From NCBI RefSeq assembly GCF_026571515.1, contig NW_026851951.1, positions 62,001-116,421 of the forward strand: DNA of 54,421 bases, read 5' to 3'. Below, piece after piece: positions 1-11,800 of the stretch. Position numbers and translations under genes: made by a program. The DNA comes from Ruditapes philippinarum (taxonomy: Eukaryota). Each line of letters starts with the position of its first letter. Within the stretch, counting starts at the first letter, position 1. The notes below the pieces were generated by a model, which was given only the letters and a program-made list of their open reading frames with translations, was not told the DNA's origin and made no database searches.

Positions 1-414
1 AAGGTCATAATCAAATAAAATTATGAAAACATTCGTTATGTAGTGCGGAAATATACCGTTTAACTCGAACTGCTACTTCAAGCAGTGTTTGTTGATTTTC
101 TGTTGATGCTCGGATAACCCAAAGGCTGACTGTACTGTACTCTGGATTTCACCACATCGAAGTTGCTGACTTTTATGCCTATAAAGCTCATTTTGGTTAT
201 TCTGGAAACCAAAATAAGAACGGGAGCCGCTACGTAGCCCATGTAATAAAACAAATGTTGCCATTTCTGTTTTAATGAAATTTATTTAATACAGTTTGAA
301 GCTGCATGCATCCAGATGTCAATGATGTGCTATAAATAGCATTCGGGGCGATGCACGTTTCCAAGATATACTTAGTTTGAAAAAACAAAGAAATGTTTTT
401 TCCAACAAAAAATA

Positions 415-628
415 GACCATCTCCGTGGTCGACGGGTTAGAGTCGATGACTTCTAATCCAATAACATCTCTGGCGTGGGTTCGATCCCCGGGCTTTGGTA
501 GTTTAGCGCGTAGGAAGGTAGTCTAGTACTGATGTAACTCTCCAGGAACGATGGTTAGGAAACTACCTGCCTATATGACTGAAATATTGTTGGGAAAAGG
601 TGTAAAATGAAACAAACAAACAAACTAA
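415..628 (+). mobile_element. tRNA-derived SINE with 13-bp target-site duplication
   Basis: A-box-like gtggtcgacgggttag, B-box ggttcgatccc, tail atatgactgaaatattgttg...(aaac)n. CCAACAAAAAATA flanks both sides (402-414, 629-641). Absent from duplication unit 2. Confidence 0.85.
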
Positions 629-851
629 CCAACAAAAAATAAAAGTTGAAGACCGCTTTTAAGTATATTTCTAACGTATATAATACAACACATATTTTAA
701 ATAAAATATCATAAATAATACCAATTTCATTTTTCAGACCTTTTTGTAACTGAAAGAGGTATTTCACTAAACAGAATGTGGATATCTCATAATTTTATAA
801 TAAAGGTAACATGAATAAGGAAATTTTGACAAGAGCTGTAAAGACTTACAG

Positions 852-1815
852 AACATATTATAAAATATCCATTTGAGTGTTTATAACTTTACATATTATA
901 TAATATCCATTTCTGTCAATTTATTACTGTACAGATTATAAAATATCCATTACTGTCTGTTTATTACTGTACATATGATAAAATATCCATGTGTGTTTTT
1001 TAATAACAGTAAAGATTACAAAATATCCATTTGTGTTTGTTTATAACAGTACAGATCACAAAATATCCATTTGTGTTTGTCTATAACAGTACATATAACA
1101 AAATATCCATGTGTGTTTGTTTCTAACACTACAGGTTACAAAATATCCATTTGTGTTTGTTTATAACAGTACAGATTACAAAATACCCATTTGTGTTTGG
1201 TTATAACAGTACAGATTACAAAATATCCATTTATGTTTGTTTATAACAGTACAGATTACAAAATATCCATTTGTGTTTGTTTATAACAGTACAGATTACA
1301 AAATATCCATTTGTGTTTGTTTATAACAGTACATATTACAAAATATCCATGTGTGTTTGTCTATAACAGTACAGATTACAAAATATCCATTTGTGTTTGT
1401 TTATAACAGTACAAATTACAAAATATCCATATGTGTTTGTCTATAACAGTACATATTACAAAATATCCATTTGTGTTTGTTTATAACAGTACATATTACA
1501 AAATATCCATGTGTGTTTGTCTATAACAGTACAGGTTACAAAATATCCATGTATGTTTGTTTATAACAGTACAGATTACAAAATATCCATGTGTGTTTGT
1601 TCATAACGGTACAGATTACAAAATATCCATTTATGTTTGTTTATAACAGTACAGATCACAAAATATCCATGTGTGTTTGTTTATAACAGTACAGGTTACA
1701 AAATATCCATGTGTGTTTGTCTATAACAGTACAGGTTACAAAATATCCATTTATGTTTGTTTATAACAATACAGATTACAAAATATTCATTTGTGTTTGT
1801 TAATTTCAGAAGAGA
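852..1815. repeat. 40-bp minisatellite, ~24 units (AAATATCCATTTGTGTTTGTTTATAACAGTACAGATTACA)
   Basis: Directly visible head-to-tail tandem units with point variants. Confidence 0.97.
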
Positions 1816-2274
1816 TTTAAAATCCATTTGTTTATGTTTCTTACAGTAGAGCAGTACAAATTATAAAATATAAAATATATTGTAATAAGCATCAAACATA
1901 CTCTAAAACAATTATTTAATTGTGATTATGAAACTTATGGCTGCTTCTTCTAGAGAAGAACACATTTATTCATTCCTGAGGCACAGTGTGTGTTTAATGT
2001 AGGAAGATAAATTGTTTATTACAATGACATATGTTACAACATACTTTGAATGAACATATTTTGTACAAAATAAAATAACTTAAAACATGGCCCTATGGGT
2101 CTACAAGTCACCTTAAATAATAGACTAAACACAATTTAATCATGCAGGTCTTGAGTAAAAATATGATAATAACATTGTAAAAAAAGTGAAAATGGTGTTA
2201 AAATATATCAGTTAAGTAAACGATATTAAAATCAATATAAAATGATATCAAATTGAAATGCAAATGACATTTAA

Positions 2275-2611
2275 AGCAGCACGCCTCCAGATGCCTCCAT
2301 GCAAATTTTCATAAAAATTTGAAAATGTATAAAACAGTATAATATTATGAAGTTACCAAAAAACTGCAATTTAGACATTATCAATGGCACTAACAACCCA
2401 TGTAATAAAGAGGTCAAATATGCAGAAATAGCCCTCACTGCGTTAGTAACGCAGTAGAAATATAATTACAAATACTGAAAGATCGCTCACTAATCGCGCT
2501 CGACATGTAAATTATTACTAGAATTTTGAATCTTTATACTTTGCCTAAAGTCTACGTACATTTTTCTCAGGTTTGAATTTAATATTTTTGCTCATCTGGA
2601 GGCGTGTAGCT
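2275..2611. mobile_element. MITE with terminal inverted repeats at a TTAA-like site (Kolobok-like)
   Basis: ttaa-AGCAGCACGCCTCCAGATG ... CATCTGGAGGCGTGTAGCT-taaa. Missing from unit 2 (empty site ~25085). Related termini at ~300 and ~22812. Confidence 0.7.
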
Positions 2612-4039
2612 TAAAACGTAATACTAATCATATCAAAATTATAGTTAAAGTGTATCAAAATAAAAGTCAAATAATTACAAAATACATATCAAAACTTCAA
2701 ATATCATACATCGGTTATACTCGTGCGCTATTTTGACGCCACTTTTTATAGCTCAAATTATATATGAATCACAAAGATACAATCTCATTAAAACCTACCT
2801 AAAGCAGTGTTGTTGACTTTGGTTACTATAGCGACAGAAAACTGGACACAGATTTGAGTTTAATTCACTCTAATAACGCAGAGCCGTTAGAAGGTTTAAT
2901 AATATAATGTATTTATATGTAATTTCATGATTTTCTGTAATGAAAGTAAAATTAAGTATTGATTTGAAACAAACCTCGTACATAATTATACGTATTCTGT
3001 TGCATGTGCGATACAAATGTTTGTCTGATTATTTAGATGAATAACTATCATTTATCACAGATAAAATGGAAAAAGAATCTCACGTTTACATAATCACATA
3101 AATGTCAATATACGGAGTTGCAATAGAATGTGTGCACTTAGCTACAACTGATGTAATTAGATATCGAACTTTGTTTCGTATAAACTACAGGATGATTTGA
3201 TTTAAATCTCATATTATCATGTTGTGTTATGAAAAATTGCAGATTTGTAAGTTTGTAACTATGTTTTTTCCTTGGACATCTATTTAACAAATGTCAGAAA
3301 TATAATTTAAAAAAAGGTTGTACACAATTTTAGGAAAATACTTTGAGTTCCATATGATCAGTATGTATCAAGAGTAGAAGAGATTAAGGTGTCGGTATTT
3401 AATCACAGTGACAAAATGTCTTATTAGATATAAGCCTAGAATCTGAATGATAGATAAATAAGTAAAAGTTTATGTCAACAAACCCATGCAAACTTATGAT
3501 TTTAATTAGCTATCGGTCCACGTTTATAATATTTTTATTCATTTTAAACGTTGAAGTTTAATTATACAGCACATCAATAACATACTTACTTTAACGCAAA
3601 CCTCAGATAATTAAGAAATCTTCAATGTACTATTTAATTTCTGTTTGTACAAATAAAATTAATCAAATTTAAACGTGTTTTGGTAGACCAAACTTTACTT
3701 TGATATATAGCAAACATTTCTTTCAAAACAAAAACCTTCACAAAATTATAAACTGTTTTAATTGTCTTATCCAAGTATGAAAACTAAACACTTGAGTTAA
3801 ATTTCAAGTTGTAATAATAATAACAGCGGTTGCATTTGATCTAACGTAAGATTCTTCTCTATGAAGCAAATTTATGACTCTATATAACGTAATGCATTCA
3901 ATGTGCGGCCAAATTTTAAGCAGTTGTTTGCACGTTCCTTCGTTCATGCACATACATAATGAGGCCCCTACTTTAATATATTTGGTTCGATAATCCTTTA
4001 TAAATGCACTCGTTTTCTAACAATTTTAACAAATGATAT

Positions 4040-7000
4040 TTACAATGAGTAAATTCTTCTGAGGTTTTCCAAAGCCTCTGCTTGTGTGATTTCATCCCAG
4101 GAGTCAGGTATGTCAGATATATCATATTTATAGTAAATTGCTAACTGGTATTTATATTTTGCAACAAACCATAGCCAAAATTTTGAGCATTCTTGTATAT
4201 TTGCATTTGGCTCGATATCCCAGTCTGGTATATGCTCCCTATAATTTCTAAATAAATGCCATTGTTTTCCACATCGTTTCTTTGCTTCTTTGTTGCATCG
4301 GAAGCCAAACAAATCACAATGGTGCTCTAGATCTGATTGGACATTAAAATTGCAAGATGACAGTACAGCTTTATGTATAAAGTCCTCTCTTGCACCTAAA
4401 CAAGACGATATTCTGTGTTGCAAACTAAAATGGTTCGTTCCTCCATGTATGAAAGCTTTCGCACATGGCTCCCCGCAAAATGGACATTGCTCTGGGCAGC
4501 CCCACACTTGTTGAAATAAGGCTTTTACCATGCTCTCTGGACCTTTGAATTTAATAATTCTCTCGACTTGTTCTTTCGTTATCAATTGTTTTACAATTTC
4601 TTCAGAGGAAGCTTTGATGCTATCAGTAAGCAAACTGCTAAAGTTTTTTATATTTTCTATCTGACTAAACCATTTTGTTACATTTTTGAACTCTGATGTT
4701 CCAATTGGACACATAGAAAAATTCTGCACGAATGATTTGGTCCATTCTTCTGAAGTTGGGCTCTCGTGACGAAATGTCTCATAGCATTTATCAATACTTA
4801 CTTGGATGTCATTATAGAATTCATTGACGACTTTGTTAACTATTTTAGAGAAATTCGTCATGTTGGAATTAAATAGGAAAGTTTTCGCTTTTTTCTTCAC
4901 CCAATCTTTCACAAGATTTCTAGGAGTTTTTATGTATTTTATAAAAGAGTCAAAATCATCAGCAACTGTCAAATCTTCAAGAACTTCAATAATCAAATGA
5001 TATTTCAATTGGGGCAAAGTTTGTTTTAATATAACTTTAACAGTATATTGAATCCTGTCTTGTATTTTGTCCAACAAAATATTTTCTACAATAACCGTGA
5101 TTTGTTTAGCAGCAGTTTCCTCAGCTTTACGGTCTTTAACATATGCAATAAACTGTTCTCTTACTTGAACTTTGTAGTTTGAAATTCTGGCATGTATACC
5201 CCTACTTTTGTGATACTCAGCGTTATGTGCATCAAAACGTGTGGAACAAAAAGCAGTCACGTGAATACATAATTTGATAACTCCTGTTATTTTCAATGAA
5301 ATGTCATTTTCTTGGTTTTGTAACAGCTGAATTTTCTTGTATATCTTGTACAATATATGTTTCACTTCTCGATATGTTAGTTCATTCATGTCTCCTAAAA
5401 ATGTACCCACTAATGTTTCTATCTCACATAATGTTTTATTTATTTCATCTTTCACACGTGACATTTTTATCTCGTTGTCTTGTCTGAAAGATTCTGATGA
5501 AAAGCTGATATCATCCAACACTATGCCGCTGAGGTCGAACGATCCCGTCAAGGTATTGATGATATAAAAGCTATTGTTCCTCCGCTTTTCAAACTCCGTC
5601 TTCAATATAAGTTGCTCTGTACTAAGAATATCGAAAAGGCATCGTTCAAAATTGTCTGCAAGTGACTTTGAAACATCTTCTAGCTCACCAAAATCTAGAA
5701 TCTCCCTGCTAATTGAGTGCCAAGTTTGTTCAAATTTATTCTCTATTTCCTCCATATTTAGACATTCGCCTTTGATGTATTTTGCTACCTGTAGAGATCG
5801 TTCATACATTTTAGCTTCGTGTCCTAAACTGTCTTCTTTGATTTTTAATTCAATACGCGTTCTATCTCGCAATCTAAGCGTTTCAGTCCTTATTCTATCC
5901 TCTAATTCTAAATATAAAGCCTCAGTACGCTTTTTTGCAAAATCCTGCCACTGTACTAGTATATCTTTATATTCACTGTTATCAAAGTATTCATTTACTT
6001 CTTCTACTGCAAGAGAAAGATTTTCAGCCAGAATCGTACGCATCTGTTTAACAAGCCTGTCGGAGGTATCCGGCAAGTGTTGTTGATTTGAGCATTCAGA
6101 AAAATATTTTTGAGACAATATAACGTGTTTGTTTTCAATTTTATCTTCAAATTTGATCAAAATATCTTTTAATGTTTCTTCCATATGAATATAGACTTTT
6201 ATTTCAAGACTATTTCTAAAGCTAAATACAAAATCCTCCGTTAAAACACCTTTCCATAAATCTCTGATATGAATAGCAGCATCACCGAGAGATTTGTAGG
6301 ACTTATCCTTGCATTCTAAAGCTTTCTGTAAAAGAGTGCCTTTTTTGTCGAAAACGCGATCACTGTAAGTAGCATTGACTCTCGCCATAGGAGGGTTGCC
6401 TTGCCAATAACTCGGTAGATACCACACATTTGCATTCGTGTCAAAATCTATGACTTGATGAAATGCTTTTATTTCGCGTATACCTTCTATTTCTCCTGCA
6501 TTCTTTGCTGCACAGTCCAGAGTCTCTATCAATGCATTTAAACCTGTCCTCAAATTTTCTCGAGCAGTTGTATCAATTACGTTTTGGTGTACCAAGAAAA
6601 ATATTTTCCCGATATCAAGTTGCTTATTTGCAAGTTTCAATTTAAGAAATGCGTGTACAACTACTTGTACAATGTCCCGAATTTCATTGGTATTTTCACC
6701 CATGACATTAAGCAGTGTTATATCACCTAACCCCGCTATCACCGTTGATAACTCGTTGTCGTGGTTATGTGTCGTAGAAGTACGTTCCGTAGATCGTAAA
6801 CCTTCTGAATCTATAACTGTCACATAACTGAAAGGAAGACTGTTGTTTGGTGTAATAGGCATGATTTGCATATGTATACCTCTAGTGCATCGCCCAGATT
6901 TCACCGGAAACAAAGATCCAAACAGGGAATTCAGTAATGTTGACTTACCAGAACTTTGAACCCCAAGAACAGACAGTGTTAAACACTTTTTTGAGTGAAT

Positions 7001-8871
7001 ATTTTTCGACACTTGCTCTAAAACCGCTTGAACCCATTCACTCGGAAGAAAAAAATTGTCACCGTCAATGATCTCGAAGATTTGTCCTGACACTATTAAT
7101 GATGTCATAATATGTATTACATTTTGGACTGATGGAAGCTGGTACATTGTGGGATCTGCTTTCATGACAATCACAGACTCATATATGTGTCCTAACTCTC
7201 TAAACATATGTTCTATTCCTAAGTTTGCGTCTTCTATTGATTCTTGTGATTTGGCGATCTCTTCTTTAAGTGTGTTTATATCTTGGTCTTTAGAAGATGT
7301 GTTGCTTTGCAATGCAACCAATTCTTGTCTATGTAATTGATTCTGACGCACTAAAGAAGGTATCTGTTTCCTTTTCTGTCGATCTAACAATATAGAAAGC
7401 CATTTTACTAAATATTGCACCATCATTGGTTTATCTTTGACATTGTCAAGTGACTGAAGAAATAACTTCATTGATCTCGAAATACTTTGAAGCTGAATTT
7501 TCCTTATTTGCTTGATTTTTGCTGTTATAGTGTGAGTTTCTTGTACGTTTTTCATTCTATGTAAACTTCTTATACTGGTACCAATTTGTTTTGAGTAAAT
7601 GAAGTGTACCGGTGTTATGAATCTTTTCATCTGACCTTTGCTTCCAATATCAGTCATAGATTGAAATACTTGGGTGGCTATTACCTTGGCTTTTGCACAA
7701 TCGGTTCTGGTCTCGTCACTTAAATGAGATGAACATTCATTTACACGATCATCTAGAGATTTCACTGCGGAGATCTTGAGTCGAGTAGCTATAAGTTGTC
7801 GAAGTTGTTCTGAAAAATCTTTAGAATTCTTTTGAGTACGTGCTTTATATGTACTGATAATTCTTACAGTAGGTCTTGTTGTAGGTGTCAGCTTTTCAAT
7901 AAACTGTTCGACAGTAGATTTTTTTGTCTTGCTAGCTATGACAATGATTACGGTTGTGAAATTGGTTATCATTTTACAAAGTTCTTCATCGCGTTTAATA
8001 ATGGACGACTCATCCAGTAAAAGAACCAGAATATCAGATATTTTTGAAACAAATGTAATGACCTCTGTCGTAAAATTTTCTTCAATCCTCCCTCTCAAAT
8101 TAAAAAATGCAATTGCATCTTCAAACTTTTTTTCTTTTAAACCACAAATAGGTAGAGTAAACATTTCTACTGTTCCTTTACTGCAAGATTTTGGTGACAT
8201 ACCAAGGGGGCAATTGATATTGAAAAATGTATCTTGAATATCGTCCGAAAGTAAATCATTCATTAATTTAGACTTTGAATAATCTGGTCTACCAAAATTT
8301 GCAAAAGTTACTGTTTTTACAGGGAGCTCTAGAATCTCAAATTCCCTTGTTTCTGTTTCAGGTGTCTGTGATATATTGTAACTTTCTACAACTAAAGAAC
8401 GTAAGGGCCATATTATAAATTCCCAATCATTTAACGATTTGTCATATTGTATAAAAGGAAAAGCTATTTTACACAAATACAACTTTTGAAACAATAATTG
8501 CTTCAGCATGGGGTCGCAGCATTGTAGTGTTATTAGAAATATATCTAAAGGAGAAGTTCCATCACCTTCGTCGTTTGTGTCGTCCACGGTGAAATGATCA
8601 AAGAATTGAACAATAGTTTCAACATCTCGTGCATGCGTCTGTTCTGCTCTTTCTGTATGATCATTGATTATGCCAGAACGATCTCTTGCTTTACTCTGAA
8701 CTCCTAAAATACGACGCAGTAGAATCCATGGCAATTCTTCGTTTGCATAATTATGTTTAACATCAGCTTTAAGATCTATGGACATAATTTCCGCAATTGT
8801 AATTTTTTCTGGGAATTTGTCTGTCAGACCAGTAAGATGTAAAATCTTATCACTGTTGGCTTTCGCTTTGT
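4040..8871 (-). CDS. GVIN1: GVIN copy 1, large terminal exon (VLIG GTPase body)
   Basis: The 1581-aa ORF extends in frame upstream to acceptor ttttatag|AC at 8871 (DKAKANSDKILHLTGLTDKFPEKITIAEIMSID). P-loop LSVLGVQSSGKSTLLN at ~6941-6964, plus DNELST, WxGNPPMA and EDFVFSFRN family motifs. Confidence 0.93.
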
Positions 8872-11800
8872 CTATAAAATAAAGAAAATAATGATAAAAG
8901 ACCTCTATCTATTTAGTAGAATACGGCTTAACTATAGCAGTCACCATGCAAAAAATGAATGTTTAGGAAAATTAAAATAATGCAATACAATAATAAATGA
9001 TTAACAATTAATAATGTGGCTGTTACGTTCTTAAGTTCATAGATGTTTATATATACCTAAAACATAATTATCGTCTTTCGCTTGCTGATTAAAGCATGAA
9101 GCTTATTTGCAAAAATCTCTCTGAAATTATCATGACTGGTGTATCAGGAAAAATCATTGTCTATTCTAACACAGTCGAGTAGGTGTACGCGCTTAAGGTA
9201 GCCGCTATAACCATTTACTCGATGTTTTACTTATGAAATAACGATAACGTTAAATAAATATACCTTTTATTTCATTGTCAGTAGGAAACCGTTTTTCAAC
9301 AATGTTCGACAGTTTGCACCGCTCCGGCACCTCAACTGAATAGCATAAAGCACAAAAATCGAATTTTCCAAACTGATACTGTTGATAACCGATTTAACAG
9401 CAAAAGGTTAGTTTATACAAATTATACAAATTTATTTAAGTTCGATTGTGTTGAAAGCGATAAGCTTATTGAAACGGTTATACAAGTAACAAGCAAAGAT
9501 TGGCGAAAAATAACCAACACATCGTTGATTATGCACTAGAGGATTTGTATAAGCAAACGTTAGCCATATGTGGGTAAATCAGTACGATATCTGACTTAAT
9601 TGCATTCATAAAATAATAAAGAGCTTAAGAAAAGAAAGGAAATCAGGTCTACAAACTCAAATCAAATATGCTAGTACACTCTCCTGCAATGATAATATCA
9701 TAATAAAACAAGAAACTGCAGATTCAGGTTTAGTTTTTTTTCAGGTCCTTGAGTTAAACATAGCACGGGATTCATACTAAAATGATTATTTGCTGCAGCT
9801 TATCAACTTTAAAAAATCAGAACTTAAAGTGATTATCGTGTTAAGTATTTTTGGTATCAGAGTAACTTACCAAGTATATCATCCATGTCTACCTTCCTTT
9901 CCGTTCGTTTGTGGATAGTTTCGGGGATTGATGCTTGGGCTATTATTAAAAGGTTAACTACATCATCTTAATTTATACAGTAATAGACATAATGTACCTT
10001 TATATCATATATCTATATCATTGTTAAATCCTATCTTATAAAATAAAGAAAATGGTACAGTTATGGCACTTGTATGTCAATTTACAGAGAAGGTAAAACA
10101 GCTGAATTCATTAATTTTGTTTAATGATTCAATAACATGGTTTCACTGATACATGTGCATGCAATATATCCTTATCGTGTATGTCCTTTTATTATGAAAC
10201 GTTGTAATACATGACATTTGCACAACCCAAACATATTCATCACATTTCATTAAAAGCGATATGGATTATAGAATGTATTTTTATTATGACTATCAATTAT
10301 GTTGAGAACATGTGCTCTTGGAAAAATCGTTTGTATTGTTAGGGTCTTTTATGTGGTTTTAGTTAAGTGATCTATATAACGTGATAATCTTAGTCATGAT
10401 ATAAAAAAAAAGATGCTTGTAGTAAAATGTTCCAGAATTCGTTTAAAAAGTAAATCTTTTCTTAAAGCAATGCATGACCAAGTTTTGCATCAACATATAT
10501 ATATAGAACTATGCTGCATAATCTGCACAATTGTAGAAGGAACTATACCTGATGTAATTTCCATTGAAGGAGTGGAGGAATATGTATCAATGTCATGTTC
10601 TGGTGGGATGTCTTGTCTATGTGGAACCACTTTCAACGTGTTTTGCTTTAATGTGTGTGTGCTTTTATTAACCACCCGTTGAGCAACTGAAACACATATT
10701 TTAAAAAAATAAGAAAGAAAAATCGTTTGTAACAATTCCATTAAGCAGATGTGTTTACAGGACATATTATGTGTCACCTTCAAACAGTCCATAAAAATTA
10801 GTTATGACGTCCTTGTTTGGCTTAGCTATGTAAGATAAGAAAAAAAACCAATCTAGTTCATGTACGCCAGCAATATTGCACGATTAATACGTTAAAAAGG
10901 AAGTCGTTTAGTGCATGTAATATCGAGTGTATTGCGGCTACTTAGAACACAGTTTAGTCAGTGCTTACCTTCGATCGATTCAAATGTAACTAGGGCTTTT
11001 CCATCGTCATCTACTGTTATATTAGCTATAGTGTCACCGCCTGAACTTTCCTCATCTTCAAAGTATAATTCGAGAAATTCTGTCATTTGCGAATCACCCG
11101 TCTGGAAGCCAGTAACCTCTATTGTCGGGGAAGAGCATATCGAAAAGTTGAAACTCGGTTCTGATCCAAAGCTATCTATATCTAGCACCGCTCCTGCTAT
11201 TTTAATAGGCCTTCTTTGTAACACTGACTGAACAGCTGGAAGATCGATATCAGCATTATTTGTAAATTGTAAAAGAATTTTGTTACGAAGGGATTTTTTA
11301 AAAACGATATTAAAAATGAACTCATTGAATGGAACATACTTAAATGTTACTGTAAATAATACTACCGTCGCATCTGAGCAGTTCACGCGTTCTCTTGATT
11401 GTTTAAATGTAGTCTAAATAAACATAACCGTTCTACTTTCGCTAAATGGTTGAAATATTTTTGAAATGTTACCTAACAATTTGATGTCAAAAGTATACAG
11501 ACAACCCGGTCAATAATTTTTATGCCCATGGTTGATTTATTGATACTCATTTGTATGTAGCAAGATACTACCTGATCGTAAAAATCTCAACTTATAAACA
11601 TGATATACTTTGTAACCGTTCTTGTTTTTAATTTTTATCTAAATTGTTACCAATAAAATCTTTACGTTGTTAAATTTTAAGATTCATGTAACTTTCTTTT
11701 TTACCGTGTAAGTTTAGAATGACAACTCTAAAGACAAAACTTTTTAGGTGCGTTTTACCTGCAAATTTATTTACTGCTCAAATGGTCAAATACAAAGTTC

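Noticed and set aside
852-1815. CRISPR-like regular array
   Set aside because: Units are head-to-tail with no unique spacers, the context is eukaryotic and there are no cas genes; it is a minisatellite.
4290-8237. Plus-strand ORFs overlapping the GVIN exon (and equivalents at 27629-31236)
   Set aside because: Antisense shadows of the long coding exon with no recognisable motifs.
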